A stretch of DNA of 60,237 nucleotides, filler included, from Sphacelaria rigidula (GCA_964200075.2; 8 parts of 8 records of this genome joined end to end with filler, not necessarily neighbours in it); one strand, 5' to 3'; positions 12,392 through 24,738 are shown, counted from the first letter of the whole stretch. Notes: generated by a model not told the origin, from the sequence alone. Made by a program: numbers and translations.

Positions 12392-13556
12392 TCAGTGACG
12401 CCTGTAGCTGCACAACGTGCTCGATGCACAGCAGCAACGTGCAAGGTGATATGGCACACCGCAGAACGTAACATCCTTCGTATATCTCTGCCCTGCAGTG
12501 ATTTCCACCTGTCTTCCGCACTTCACCACAACATATACCCAGTCACTTCTGCTGCCGTTCATGTGTACGGATAATACCACCTGTCGCAGGTCCAGATTTT
12601 CGTAACCCGACCGTCTTGCAGCTGTACTCGACAACAGATTTAAGTACTGTGCGCAGTACACTTTTCTTAAAGGTAAACAGAAGTATCTTGTCCATCTTGG
12701 TACATTTTCACATATAAAGTTGGGCAGTGGGACCGTGGCGTTGTCGTCAAAATATGGCCGAAGTGGATGTGAGGAAATCCCCGAAATATTCACGTGCAAA
12801 GCCGTTGCGGAGATATTTCAAGTTGATAAGGCTAGAAGAATACCAGTGCAACGCCCACTCCGGCTGCCAGCCTGTTTCCACGGCCGGGTCGTTAGTGGTG
12901 GGACTGTCTGTACCGGCATGTCGCCTCCAGTACCAGGTACGCCGGCAAGGGCTCGTCGCGCAACCCACTGGTCGCGCGACAGGAGCTTAACCTTCGACTG
13001 TCGACCGTTTTGGAGCGAACACGTTCACCTCCCGACCCTCATATATAGCGGACCATAAACGATGCTTGTTTGCTGGGTTTCTTCGAGCGTTCATCCCTAA
13101 CTGGGCAAGGAGTGATGCGAGGCCGGCAGGATCCATTGCACAATCAGCGTGCTCAACTGTCACTGTACCCACTATAATCGTCATCAGACAGCAGGGTGTT
13201 GAAAAAACGTGATTGCGCACCCTATGATTATCCACCGTATGAATGCAGACCGGGCCATCAGCGACTTCCCCTGCTGTAACTGTGACAGTGACACCTTCCT
13301 CTAATACCAATCTACACATCCTCCAAGTTTCGGCGTAATCTGACGCGGGGTGCGGATGTTCTTCACGCCTAAGCTGCCAAAACACCGCCTCCATATTATC
13401 GAAAAGGAACAACACTGCGTGACAGCGAGGTTCGAGAAGCCAAAGGGCTACGTTCGCACTACTCCGCGTGCCCGGCGTGTAGCGCTTTTTTTTGTTTTTG
13501 TTCATTTGTCGCACTTTGAACCCCCCCGCTTTCTCCGGACGAGTTCGCGGTCTCAT
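12392..13556 (-). pseudogene. Frameshifted coding remnant, possibly a transposon-associated Ulp1-like (C48) peptidase
   Basis: Three consecutive minus-strand ORFs. Segments WYSSSLINLKYL, VLSVHMNGSRSDWVYVVV and GQRYTKDVTFCGV occur in the order of the Ulp1 motifs WL...IN.Y, P.H...HW...V and Q...DCGV. Similarity judged by eye only. Confidence 0.3.
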
Positions 13557-14041
13557 AGGATCAACCCATTTCCCCCCGGTACGCCCGGTAGCGCTGTGGG
13601 GAGAAACTACGGGAAAAGGGGCCAGATGAGCGACCTCATGATCTGTATCAGTATACCAGCAAGGAGTAAATATTTACGTAGCTCATGGGCTGTCCGGCGT
13701 GTGAAATTAACCGCTGCATCCCTGTTCTTGCGAAACTAGCCTAGCATCTTGATGTGCCCTCTACCGCCGACGGGATGACTGGGGGAAGGACAAGGACATG
13801 GATGGTGATGGCATGTCCTTCTCACCTCGATATAAATAAATAACCGGACGTATTCGGAAGATGGTGAAGAAAACATTTTTTTTTTTCTGGACATTCTATT
13901 TAATTTTGCCACGCTGAAAAATCGCTGCAAAGCGGGTGAAAGTGAGGCCAAAAGGTTGGAAACAAGGTGGCTTTGAAAAAGTTGAGTCGACGTGTTACGT
14001 CTAGTTTCTGTTTTGATGCGAGATATTACACCCCCCCCAAC

Positions 14042-14079
14042 ACGACTAAGGCAAGCAACAAATGAGTACGCCCCCCCCC
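14042..14079 (+). mobile_element. Poly(C)-tailed micro-retroposon, truncated copy
   Basis: acgactaaggcaagcaacaaatgagtacg followed by a C-run, inserted next to a C-tract. Confidence 0.8.
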
Positions 14080-14449
14080 TCCCCCTCCTCCCCTATAGGC
14101 CCGCCTCCCTCACAGCACTGGAGCCTCAAAACCGGTCAGGCAATCTATCTGCACACCGCCTTACAATTTTCATATGGTGTGTGCGCCTCCCCCACCACTC
14201 CTATTTAGTATAGTAGTTGCTGTCCACTTTTCATGTTGGATACACCCGGTCTAGGGTATCATCTGACCAAGAGCTGAAGGCGTACTATTGTAACTTAACT
14301 CAACTACGTGGTTTCATGTAGAAAATAATGGTACTTGAAGAGAACACGAAATGTCTTTCCTTTGTGTTCCTAGTGCGGCGTTGATGTTGTCCGTGTTTGT
14401 TCACCGGATCGCTCCGCCCCCTCCCCCCACTCTTCCTTCCCCCCTTTTA

Positions 14450-14920
14450 GGGTTGGCGTCGGTTGGTAACGACGCTCTAAAACACGCCACTCACTGCGTA
14501 AGCTAGGCAATCAGGTTCCTCATTTTTCCCCGCTCAAGTTTTTTTTCGATGTAACCATGATGGTGGTCGAACTTGATCATTTTGGGCAGGGTGGAGAACC
14601 TCAACTCCCCGCAAAGGGGATGATCGTACGACGTGGTGTTCACATGGTGAGACACCCATTAGACAGAGAAACACGTGGCTGTCTCTGGAAGTGAAAATGC
14701 CAGAAAGTGAAGCAACTCGTTGTAGGCTGTCGTCCATATGCAAAATAATCAGTACACTTCGGGCCGAACAATTTTAGCGGGATGCAGCTCACTCCTCATG
14801 CGACTCGCTGAACGCATCACGGCGCTTCGGGCTTGGTGATCGATTGCGAGCCTGGTCCGGCGACAACCGGGCGTGCTCCGTGCCGGCTTTGTAGGGACCC
14901 GGGGTCAAAAGTCCTTTGAC

Positions 14921-14958
<38 letters not shown>

Positions 14959-14986
14959 ATTATTATTATGATTATTATTATGATTA
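14450..14986 (+). mobile_element. ~480-nt non-coding SINE-like retroposon with (ATT)n tail
   Basis: Homologous to 23321-23870, 43183-43396 + 45105-45155 and 7405-7443. Ends in an (ATT)n run (14921-14986). No ORF. Confidence 0.8.
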
Positions 14987-15086
14987 NNNNNNNNNNNNNN
15001 NNNNNNNNNNNNNNNNNNNNNNNNNNNNNNTTAATTAATTAANNNNNNNNNNNNNNNNNNNNNNNNNNNNNNNNNNNNNNNNNNNN
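14987..15086. other. Artificial contig linker
   Basis: 44 N + TTAATTAATTAA + 44 N. Confidence 0.98.
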
Positions 15087-15141
15087 CCCTCCCCGCGCCC
15101 CTCCTCTCCGCCCCGCCGCCGCCCCCCCCCCCTTCCGTGTT

Positions 15142-15193
<52 letters not shown>

Positions 15194-15510
15194 CGAGTCA
15201 ATCGCGCTTATCTACCATTTTCGGCTAAAAGCTCAGGTGAAAACACATGAATCTATATGAATTGTTATAGCGTGGTAACCAGTATTAATATTGCGACTTA
15301 AGATATTGATTGGGACTGTTTCAACCAAGTACTGTACTTGGACCCAAGATATCCATCAGCCGAGATCAAGAAAGACATCACCCGCCCCAATCTGCAGGTC
15401 ACAGATATGACGTACCCCCGAGACCGAGGACCTCCAACACCGGGAGTCTACCTCTGGCATGCTTAGAGAGGTTATGGGATGTCTTCAGTACAGTTACCAT
15501 GTGTTATTCT

Positions 15511-15869
15511 TGTGTGCTAATATCCCATCTATCCTAGACGCCAGTCTACACCGTTCGGTATATGTCGGCGCATCAGCTGGGGTCACACAGGAGGAAGGCT
15601 AACATATATATATATATATATTGTTTTTTGCTTGTTGTGATATTCCACCTTCTGCAATGCTTGCTTTATTTTTCCCGCCAAGGGGATTTAGCGGTCCCTT
15701 CCCCTCGTCGACCGTGAACTCGTATTTTATGTAAACACCACATAGTCGCTCTCAACTGGTGGGGATGGTGTGAGAAAAACTCCTAGATCGTGTGAATTCA
15801 CCGAGATTCGAACCCACGACCCAACCGTCAGAACGTTTCGAGGTTACCAACTCAGCCACCGGGGTGACC
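15511..15869 (-). mobile_element. tRNA-derived SINE
   Basis: Reverse complement has A-box-like ggtggctgagttgg and B box ggttcgaatc; body matches 20124-20472. Confidence 0.85.
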
Positions 15870-16137
15870 GGTGGCCATAAGGTGAATATTTCACAAGTAC
15901 TATTGCGGTCTGCTCAGGTGTCAAAACAAAACAGGCCTGTCGTTCGACAATGCTGAGACCAATGACTGATTGTAGATCAACAACGGGAGGGGAGGGGAGG
16001 GGGGGGGGGGATACAAGTTGGCACTACAGCCTGCTGGCAACATGGTCACACAGGCGTCCACCGAAAAAAAACGATACGTGGACCTGATAATGATCAGAAT
16101 AGGGGTAGCATACACTCCTGCAAGAGGTAGGTGTTGA

Positions 16138-16236
16138 CCCTTAGACCGCGATACGGGTAGTCCATCTGAATCACGCATACTTTTCGAAGTGAAATTGATG
16201 CCGATTCAGCAGGTGACCTACCCTCGCGGTCAAAGG
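16138..16236. mobile_element. ~100-bp piggyBac-type MITE
   Basis: cccttagaccgcga...tcgcggtcaaagg flanked by ttga/ttaa; second copy at 28456-28553. Confidence 0.7.
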
Positions 16237-17515
16237 TTAACCCGTTTCGCCCGCTGACAGTCCGGGGACATCCGAGGGTTTCCAGGAGGGGGGAGTTGAC
16301 AGGGGGTGGGTGGGTGTTGGCAAAACAGCCGGAAAGTTCACAACGTCAACCATTTGTGTTCGGAAGTTTCCGAAGGAAAAATCCAAGACGGGAACGAGCG
16401 CAAGGAGTAGGAGACAGGCCACTATGATAGCTGTGATTAATCAGGGTGGTCACTCCGTCAGATCACAGATGAACAACAGATAGACTACCTCGCGGCGTAG
16501 CTGCATTTGACCACTTTCGCCATGACCATTCTATCATAGAAAACATGCGGACGAACAAGGTGTCTTCTAGTCAGCTCGAGGCATTTGCCCCCGCCTGCCT
16601 GACCCCTCTTGTGTTTCCAGCATAGCTTCACAATGTCCGTAGTGTTGTTGTTAAACACAGAGCAGAGACATGAGCAGCGTGCAGTAGACTGATCAATGGA
16701 GAGCGATGACACGCTTGTTGTTCTTCGTGGAGAGCGGGCGCTGACTATTCTTGGATACCCATGGCACGCTGGCTGCTTTGATTGATCGATTATCTCACAT
16801 TGCTGTTACTGCCATTGTATCCAGCCACACGCGATGACAAAATGTCGCATGTACGATAGAGTAGCTGCGCCAGCTGCAGCAACAACAGTACAGACAAAAA
16901 AAAGAAAAGGATATACAATCGAGACGATGCGACATGCGCGCGAGATCAAACACGCTCGAGGTATGCCAGCGTTACCCCCGGCAGTTTACTGTGTTCCACG
17001 GACAGCGATTGCTCGCTGACGATATCTTACCGTTGTATCCAGCCACCGACGACGAAAAACTTTCGGGCGACGCACACACCGAAAGACTTAGATTTGCGTC
17101 CAGAGTGGATGAGATGACGGCACACACACACACACACACACACACACCCACACACACACGCACATGACATCTCTGGTGGAGTATAATAGCAGCAGTACGG
17201 ACAATAAAAAAAAGAAGTACAATTGGGACGATGCGACATGCATATAAGTTCAACACAAGCTCAAGGTGCGCCAGCCCTGCGCCGTGAGAACCAAGACTGC
17301 TGTGAAAGCGTGATTATGAGGAGAGGGTTTATATTGTTTATATATATTGCAGCAATAGCGGCTGCCAGCGTGCACCACTTGGAAATCATGACAAGCATGT
17401 GCCCCCTCGAACTGAAAACTGCTTAGGGAAGGAATATATACGGACTGTATGTACTTGACTGCATGCACTTGACTTCAGGCACAAAACCGGTCGAAGTTTC
17501 TCGGGGACTATTTTC

Positions 17516-19046
17516 CAGGGCTTTTCAAGTGTAACGTACGTTACACGTCACAAACGTACGTCACAAGGGTGTGACGTAACGTAACGTATGTTTTTCGAAT
17601 ACGTCACAAGTGTGACGTGACGTGAAGTATTCTTCTTTGTAGGCCACAGTAACGTATTTTGAAACGTTTCGCGTAACGTGTAACGTATAAAATACGTCAC
17701 ACGTCACATTGTTTTAAGTTTGTGACGCCTGAATGAACGTCACGAACGTCACACACTCAACTTGTACCAAAATTAGTGTGAGATTAGCATATGTTATACT
17801 AGCATGATATGATACTACATGGATTCAAGAAGAGTGTGCATATACGTCATCATGATACGCACGCGCTCTAAGCGCAAGTTCAGCGCCACGGCAGCATGCA
17901 CCGCTACACCACACCCAACCATAGTATGCATCATTTTGGATTGCCGTGTGCCGCTTTACTTATCGGTGTCACTAGTGTCAAAATGTGGACTACGAAGTAA
18001 TCAGAGACCGTGTGCCTTTCTGAAGAGGTGCGAAGGGTAGCATCCACGAGCTTGTGGCCTCGTGGACAAATTTCGTGGCTCCACTGCTTTTCTGTAGTTT
18101 TGTTCTTCATTTCGTTGATTTTGCTTTGTTTCCTTGTGTTGGGGTTGTTTTATTTTTTCTGTTTGTCTGCCGTCCGTCTCTGTTCGAACGGTTTTGTGTA
18201 AGTTGTGTCTCTATTCTTGGCACAAAGCCATGATGTGTTTCTGCATTCATGATGTCCGCCCTGCGAACGCGGCTGGATTCGTACCAGATCATCAGTTCAT
18301 GTGTATTCTATATATTGAATATAGATCTTCTACATACACGCCCTGCTGAGAGAGCAAATACTCATAACAGTGCAGAATCGGTTGCTATGAGTTGGGTGTC
18401 CTACAAAATGCCAACCAACTACCGGCTATCACTAACGTATGATCTGTACATACTTGCGTTTGTATGTGTACATGGCGCATCTTGGTATCTCACTGTCTGA
18501 TTATCGTGCATCCATAACGTTCTCATGTATTTGTTCGAAATTTCAGAAACGTGAGTCAGGGACGCATGAGCGATACACTAGCTGAAACGCATTCTTAGAT
18601 GTCAACATAGCGAGCAGAACGTGCCTCATGCTCGAACAAGGCAGCCACCGTGAACCTCCCGTACCAAGTTGTGGCACATGAAACCTTACGACTCGTACGT
18701 GACGTTCATTTGCCCTCAACACGGCCGAAGTGTAACGTTTAGTTTTACGTTACAAGTCACAAATGTAACGTATATTATTTGTTACACGTCACAATAACGT
18801 TCCATCATTTGTTACACGCCACAAACGTAACGTAAATCATTTGTTACACGTCACAAACGTATAATAATGTGACGTGTAACGTTTCAAAATGCGGTACTGT
18901 GACGTAACATAATGTAAAAAATTTAGTACGTCACAGGTGTGACGTAACGTAACGTACCCGTACAAAAATATAACGTGACGTAACGCATAATTTTTCATAC
19001 GTCACATTTGTGACGTAAAGTGTAACGTGTAACGTTAAGAGCCCCG
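17516..19046. mobile_element. Non-autonomous hAT element
   Basis: Termini cagggctttt... and ...taagagccccg; 8-bp TSD ctattttc/ctgttttc; dense ACGT-containing subterminal motifs (cgtcac, gtaacgt) at both ends. Confidence 0.85.
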
Positions 19047-19534
19047 CTGTTTTCTACATATGTCTCGACTCAAGATTCTTGAGATTCACATGTTCATGAA
19101 AAAGGCAGCCTGTTCGATTCTGTGTTTAGGAAGAATCGATGTTTGTGCAGGAGCGGGTGGAAGTTTCCACACGTCGGACAGATCATGATCCGTCTGAAAA
19201 TTACTTCTTCTCAGTATACTGATCCGGATCATGATCCGTATCATCTGACCCTACTTTTTCATGTTTGCTCCTTACGGTGCCGGACGCTGAGCATGCCGAG
19301 TAGTGCAAAGGTTGCGCTTTGGCTTTACTGACTCCGCTGTCACATGTTTTGTGTTTTTGGACCAACGGACTCGAGAGTCTTCTTTCATTAGTTGTTTCAG
19401 ACAGATCATGATCTGTCCGACGTATGGACGTTTCGCAGATGTTTATTGCGGTGCAATTTCTAGAAGCCATTTCAGAATACATTAAACTGCAAATTCCTTT
19501 GTAACGAGTCAGGGGGGACAGTGCAGTTCAATGG

Positions 19535-19901
19535 TGTGTGTGTGTGTGTGCGTGGTCGTCTCATCTATTCTGGACGCTGGTCTGCACCTTTCGGTATGTG
19601 TGGGCGCACCAGCCAGGGTCACACAGGAGGAACGTTAACACAGGGGTTTTCCCTTCTTTGTTTTCAGTACTCCACCTTCCTTCTGCGGTGCTTGCCATTA
19701 CTTTATATCGCGAGAGAGGGGTTTAGCAGTCTCTTTCCCTCGTCGACCGTCAAGTCGAATTTTGTGTACCCACAACATATTATAGTCGCTCTCCACCGTT
19801 GGGCAGTGTATGAGAAAAAATCCCAGATCGCTCCGAGATTTGAACCCACGATCCAGTCGTCGGAAGGTTTCGGGGCTACCAACTGAGCCACCGGGGCGAC
19901 C
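19535..19901 (-). mobile_element. tRNA-derived SINE with (CA)n tail
   Basis: Full-length reverse-complement match to 20124-20472. Confidence 0.9.
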
Positions 19902-20123
19902 AGTATGGTGAAAAACAGTTAGGCAAGGTACAAGGGCAAGTGCATCTAGGGCTGAGTGACTCAAACGGTGTGGGGATTCAAGTCTAGGTTTCTGAGATCC
20001 GGTAGACGGGTGTGGTGCACCCATCAGCTGGTGACAGCATCTTGAAATGTCTTCTTCACATGTTCTGGAAAAAAAGGATTTTATATAGTGAAAAATCCTA
20101 CGTTGTGCTCTGTAAAGTATGCC

Positions 20124-20472
20124 GGTCGCCCCGGTGGCTCAGTTGGTTACCACGAAACCTTCTGACAGTTGGGTCGTGGGTTCAAATGTCGGAGCGATCT
20201 GGGATATTCTCACACCATACCCAACAGTGGAGGGCGACGATGTCGTGGGTAGACACAATTCGACTTAACGGTCGAGGAGAGAAAGGGACTGCTGAACCCC
20301 TCTTGCGATAAAAAATAAAAGGCGAGCACTGCAGAAGGAAGGTGGGGTACTAAACACAAATCAAAAAGAAAAGCTCCTGTGTTGACCTTCCTCCTGTGTG
20401 ACCCGGGCTGATGCGCCCACATATATCGAAAGAGGTAGACCGGCGTCCAGAATAGATGGGACGACAACACAC
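20124..20472 (+). mobile_element. tRNA-derived SINE
   Basis: Head ggtcgccccggtggctcagttgg (A box) ... ggttcaaat (B box), ~270-nt body, tail ...gatgggacgacaacacac. Six full or partial copies in the window. Confidence 0.9.
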
Positions 20473-21149
20473 CCGGAAGTGGGGAATTTTCGGTCGGCAT
20501 ACAAGAAAAAAAAAAAAACGAAATGGATGTGTAACGGACATTCCGGTTTGGTTCGGAAGGATATCGAGCCCTGTTGCGAACACTGCGGTATGGTCCGGAA
20601 GATCATGTACCGCTTGAATATCTTTCATACTTCTGCAAATACTCGAATTTCAGCCGGCATAGTCCTACAGTACACAACCTAATCCCCCCCCCCAAAAAAC
20701 AGCTGCTCTGAACCCCAAATGAGGCGTAGTCCATCTGAGGGGATTCGTGGTCGAAGGAGTAACCGTATTTCGTGAAATGTTTTCTTACTACAGTGTTCTT
20801 GTTCAAGCTGTACAAGGCTGCTTCTTATGGCACATCAAAATCACTCCCGCTCCGACTGAAAATTTTGCAATTTTTGTTGGCCCCAGAATCTGACTTTTTG
20901 TTCTTTTGTTTTCAAATATTTTCACCACTTCATATACCAATAAAAGCAAAAAAAAATGAGAGTTGCGGCGTCTTGGTGAAGGCATTTCAGCTGAATTTCA
21001 AATATGAATCCTGACGCGCGTGTGCGATCACGAAAATATGACCATCTGCAACCGCCGCAGCCAATGCGCGCGAAAATAGCGTTTCCGGATCTCGTCGGAG
21101 ACTGCGGAAGACCGACTACAAAATACATACATATATAGACCTGGGCGCT

Positions 21150-21880
21150 TTTCGTCAAGCACAGCAGAGTGACATACGACAACCCGTACATCGCCCTGGC
21201 CACTAAGGTTCGTCTCCTGGAGGCTGAAGTGATCGAGATAAATGCTACACGGCTGTGTGACCTGGGCGATCGCGCTCGATAATTTCGGCGCGTTACGGGA
21301 GGCTCACGAGGGATTACTGGTGGGGTACCTCAACACGCATACCTCAAGCCGCAGCGCTCCCGACCACCACATGTTGCCATAACACTTCATGCGCATGCAT
21401 GACGAACGCCTCCCCAACATCGTCATGCGTGGAGCAATGATCGGAGGGAAGACGAAGGCAGGCCGACTAGCAAGACGCCTGCAACACAGTGTCGTGGAAT
21501 ACTGCTCCGACCTCGGAATCAACGAGAACTTGTGGACGCCGGGTGCCCAAGATACTTCCGAATCGTGTCAAACCGTGGATGGAGGGCTAAGGTGTACACG
21601 ACAGCCTGGACCAATGCACGCCATGCTAAGGGTTTGCTTGCTGTGTTACCGCTGCAGTTCCCTCAGTGCCTATCGAGGACCCACGAGACGAAACGAGTAG
21701 AACGTCGAGTAGTACACTCGGTAGTGCATCTGCTGTCTTCCGAGCAGCGTTGTCATTTGTCTACGAGAGTGCTTGGGGTTGTTCATTTGACTTTCGCTTG
21801 GTATCCATCCTAATCCCTCTTGTCTTCTGCATGCTTTATTGGCAGATCTGACGGGTTTGTTTTTACCTCACCCTGATTAA
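21150..21880 (+). mobile_element. 3' fragment of an RTE-like LINE
   Basis: KVRLLEAEVIE...HGCVTW and MRMHDERLPNIVMRGAMIGGKTKAGR resemble the post-RT region of RTE-clade elements; degenerate. Boundaries approximate. Confidence 0.7.
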
Positions 21881-22283
21881 CTCTGGGGGAGGCTATTCTC
21901 CTTTGTTTTCATCGGTGCCATTTGTTGATTTATTTCGGGGTCTCAGAAGATACCACGACAGCACCATCTCTTGTGAGGAATAGCAGGGGCGGTATTGGAA
22001 AGCCGAGCCTACGTCTGTGACCACGGGTTCGGGAGATCGGGCTAATGTGCGGAAATAAATAATAAAAATGGAATAACAACGATTTGCACGTCAGAAGGGG
22101 ACAAACGCGTGAAACCACATCAACCGCCGTGTGTGTATGCACGGTGAATGTTGAAATTAGGAAACAATATGCTGCTTGGGATGCAAAGCTCCACGAGTAT
22201 GATCGCAAAGACAATGAAATTATTAAAATATCATCAGTTATGACATAAAAGACAGTGTAGTTCCATAATTATATCATTTATAT

Positions 22284-22529
22284 GTCGCCCCGGTGGCTCA
22301 GCTGTTAACCTCGTAATCTTCTGATGGTAGAGCAGGGGGGTTCGATTCCTCGAGTGATCTGGAATTTTTTCTCACACCATGCTCAACAATGGAGAGCGAC
22401 CATGTCGCGGGTACACAAAGTTCGACTTAACGGTTGACGAAGGAAAGGGACTGCCGAACCCCTCTCGCGATAAAAAATAAAGGTAAGCACCGCAGAAGGA
22501 AGGTGGGGTATTAAAAAAAAAAAAAAAAA
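22284..22529 (+). mobile_element. tRNA-derived SINE, cut by contig end
   Basis: gtcgccccggtggctcag...ggttcgattcc; body matches the copy at 20124. Confidence 0.9.
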
Positions 22530-22629
22530 NNNNNNNNNNNNNNNNNNNNNNNNNNNNNNNNNNNNNNNNNNNNTTAATTAATTAANNNNNNNNNNNNNNN
22601 NNNNNNNNNNNNNNNNNNNNNNNNNNNNN
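22530..22629. other. Artificial contig linker
   Basis: 44 N + TTAATTAATTAA + 44 N. Confidence 0.98.
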
Positions 22630-22649
22630 TATATGAAAAAAAAAATAAG

Positions 22650-22694
<45 letters not shown>

Positions 22695-23320
22695 GGGGGG
22701 GGGGAGAAAAAACAGTTGGGGATTCACATATACCTCAGGTATACCGTGTCAAAATTTCATGGAAAAAAACTTCAAATTGAGCAGTGAAATCGCGTTCTTC
22801 TGCCGAGAACCAGTTCACTTTGCGGCCGCGGCACAACTGACTGTAACCGTAAATGCGATTTCAGTCGTTTTTTCTCCCTAATTCCGCCACACATGCCACC
22901 CTCAACTCTCTATACTTCGCAGCTGACTGCAGTTCAGTATTTCGTTTGATGGGAACTTGTCAGATCGCGGTGCAACGTGAAGTGAAAGACGCGCGTTGAT
23001 TTGCAGATTGCCACGATGTGTGTTAGTACGCACAACTCGCGATAGATCATCAACTAGAACCGGTTGAAGGAAAGTCCGCTTCTTAGGCGGCCCAGCCTGT
23101 GATGTGAGGGATCTCTACGCTCTCGGACTACGGATATTGGAATTTTCTCTCGAGAGTTGAGAATTGGAAACTGATTATTCTAGAAAAAAAATCATCGAAC
23201 ATTCAAAGCGTATCATTCAAGATATCTTTTCGTAGTTTTTACAAAGGAAATAAAAGTGGATCCATATTTCGTAAATCTCCTTGAGCGGACCTACCCCGCC
23301 CCCCGCCCCCCGAAAAAAAA

Positions 23321-23870
23321 AGCCTGGTGCGGCGAAAACCCGATGTACTCCCTCCCGGCATTGTAGGGGGGCTGGTGAGGGTTGGCGATGGTGCTGTGGA
23401 ACAAGACACTCACTGTTTAAGCTAGGGAACCAGGTTACCGTTTTGTTTTGCGCGCTGCGCTTTCTTCGTCGCGGCAAGCATGATAGTGATCCAACAACAT
23501 CACAATGTGCAGGGTGGGAGAACCTCAACTCGGGAGAGAACTTTAACTCCGACCAAAGGAGATGATCATACGACGTAGTATTTACATGGTGAGACACCCA
23601 TAAGGCAGTGTGTAAACCATGGCTGTCTCGAAAATTGGCGATACCAGAAAATGAAGCAACTCAGTGGGGGCTGCCATCCAAATGCAAGATGATTAGTACG
23701 CTACGGGCCGAACAATCTTAGCAGGATGCAGCTCACCCTTCATGCGACTCGCCGGACACATCACGGCGCTTCGCGCTAGGTGATTGATTGCGAGCCTGGT
23801 CCGGCAAAAACCCGGCGTGCTCCCTACCGGCTGTATAGGGGTGCGAGGACAAGAGTCACATGACTTATGA
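23321..23870 (+). mobile_element. Second copy of the ~480-nt SINE-like element, with terminal direct repeat
   Basis: Collinear with 14450-14921; 23321-23372 repeats 23793-23841. Confidence 0.8.
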
Positions 23871-23916
23871 CATGCAAGATCATAAGTACACCCCCCCCAA
23901 CGAAATAACATAAATA

Positions 23917-24738
23917 CAGTGGGGGGCTCTCAGTAGTGCCGGTATGTGCCCACCACGGACACCGGCACTAGTCAGAGAGCCTGGCACTACTCTGAAAAGT
24001 GCTAAAACAGGTGCAATTGAGGGAGGGCTCCGAATACGGTTTTAGCACTATTGACGACCGTCCGTTCGTACAGTGCTACGCTTGCCCTTCGTGGGAGCAA
24101 CGGAAGCCCAAAACGGACGAGGAGCTTTGTTTCAAGGGGTTCCGATAGGATACGTCACGTGAGGTTTCGGGGTAGCAGAACTAAACCCGATGTTTATCTG
24201 TTCTCCACATTCAACTTGATTGATCCTGTTCACAGGTTGATCATTTCCTTCCCTACTAGCACAACAGCAGCAGTGCGGCCACAAAAGTTGCTCATTCCGA
24301 AAGACCTTCCCGACAAGAAAAACAAGGACACATCTGCACCCAACGCAACTATGAAGGTGCGGCATCTGGTGTGGAAAAAAACTCACGTAAGAGTACACCG
24401 CCCACCACAAGGAGTGAGAGAGAAATAATGAACCACACCCCTTTTCACTTCCTACCGGCTACCGAGACACCGGCTACCAAGACAAGGAGAGAGAGAAACA
24501 AACGACCTCGAAAAGAAACACTACTGGTGCTTGGTTGGTGTGGGATAGGGCGTGCGTGAGTGTGTCCGGAACCGGCACTGTTGAGGGTACAAAACCGGTT
24601 CAAACCGGCACTACTGAGGTTCATCTGTCAGTAGTGCCGGGCGGCACAACTGCGGGCTCTGGCTGTGCCCGGAGATTTTAATGGCATCATTCAGGTCGTT
24701 GGCTCTATTCAACCCGCACTACTGAGAGCCCCCCACTG
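23917..24738. mobile_element. Tc1/mariner-type non-autonomous element
   Basis: TA|cagtggggggctctcagtagtg ... cactactgagagccccccactg|TA: perfect 22-bp TIR with TA duplication. Confidence 0.9.

Noticed and set aside
14849-14880. Group II intron domain V-like hairpin (gagc...gctc)
   Set aside because: The lower stem, bulge and GNRA loop do not fit the domain V consensus, and no other intron domains are evident.
15087-15192. Long G-run as a G-quadruplex or telomere-like signal
   Set aside because: Homopolymer at a contig end, where length and sequence are unreliable.
20124-20200. tRNA gene
   Set aside because: No proper cloverleaf, and always attached to the same ~270-nt body, so it is a SINE head.
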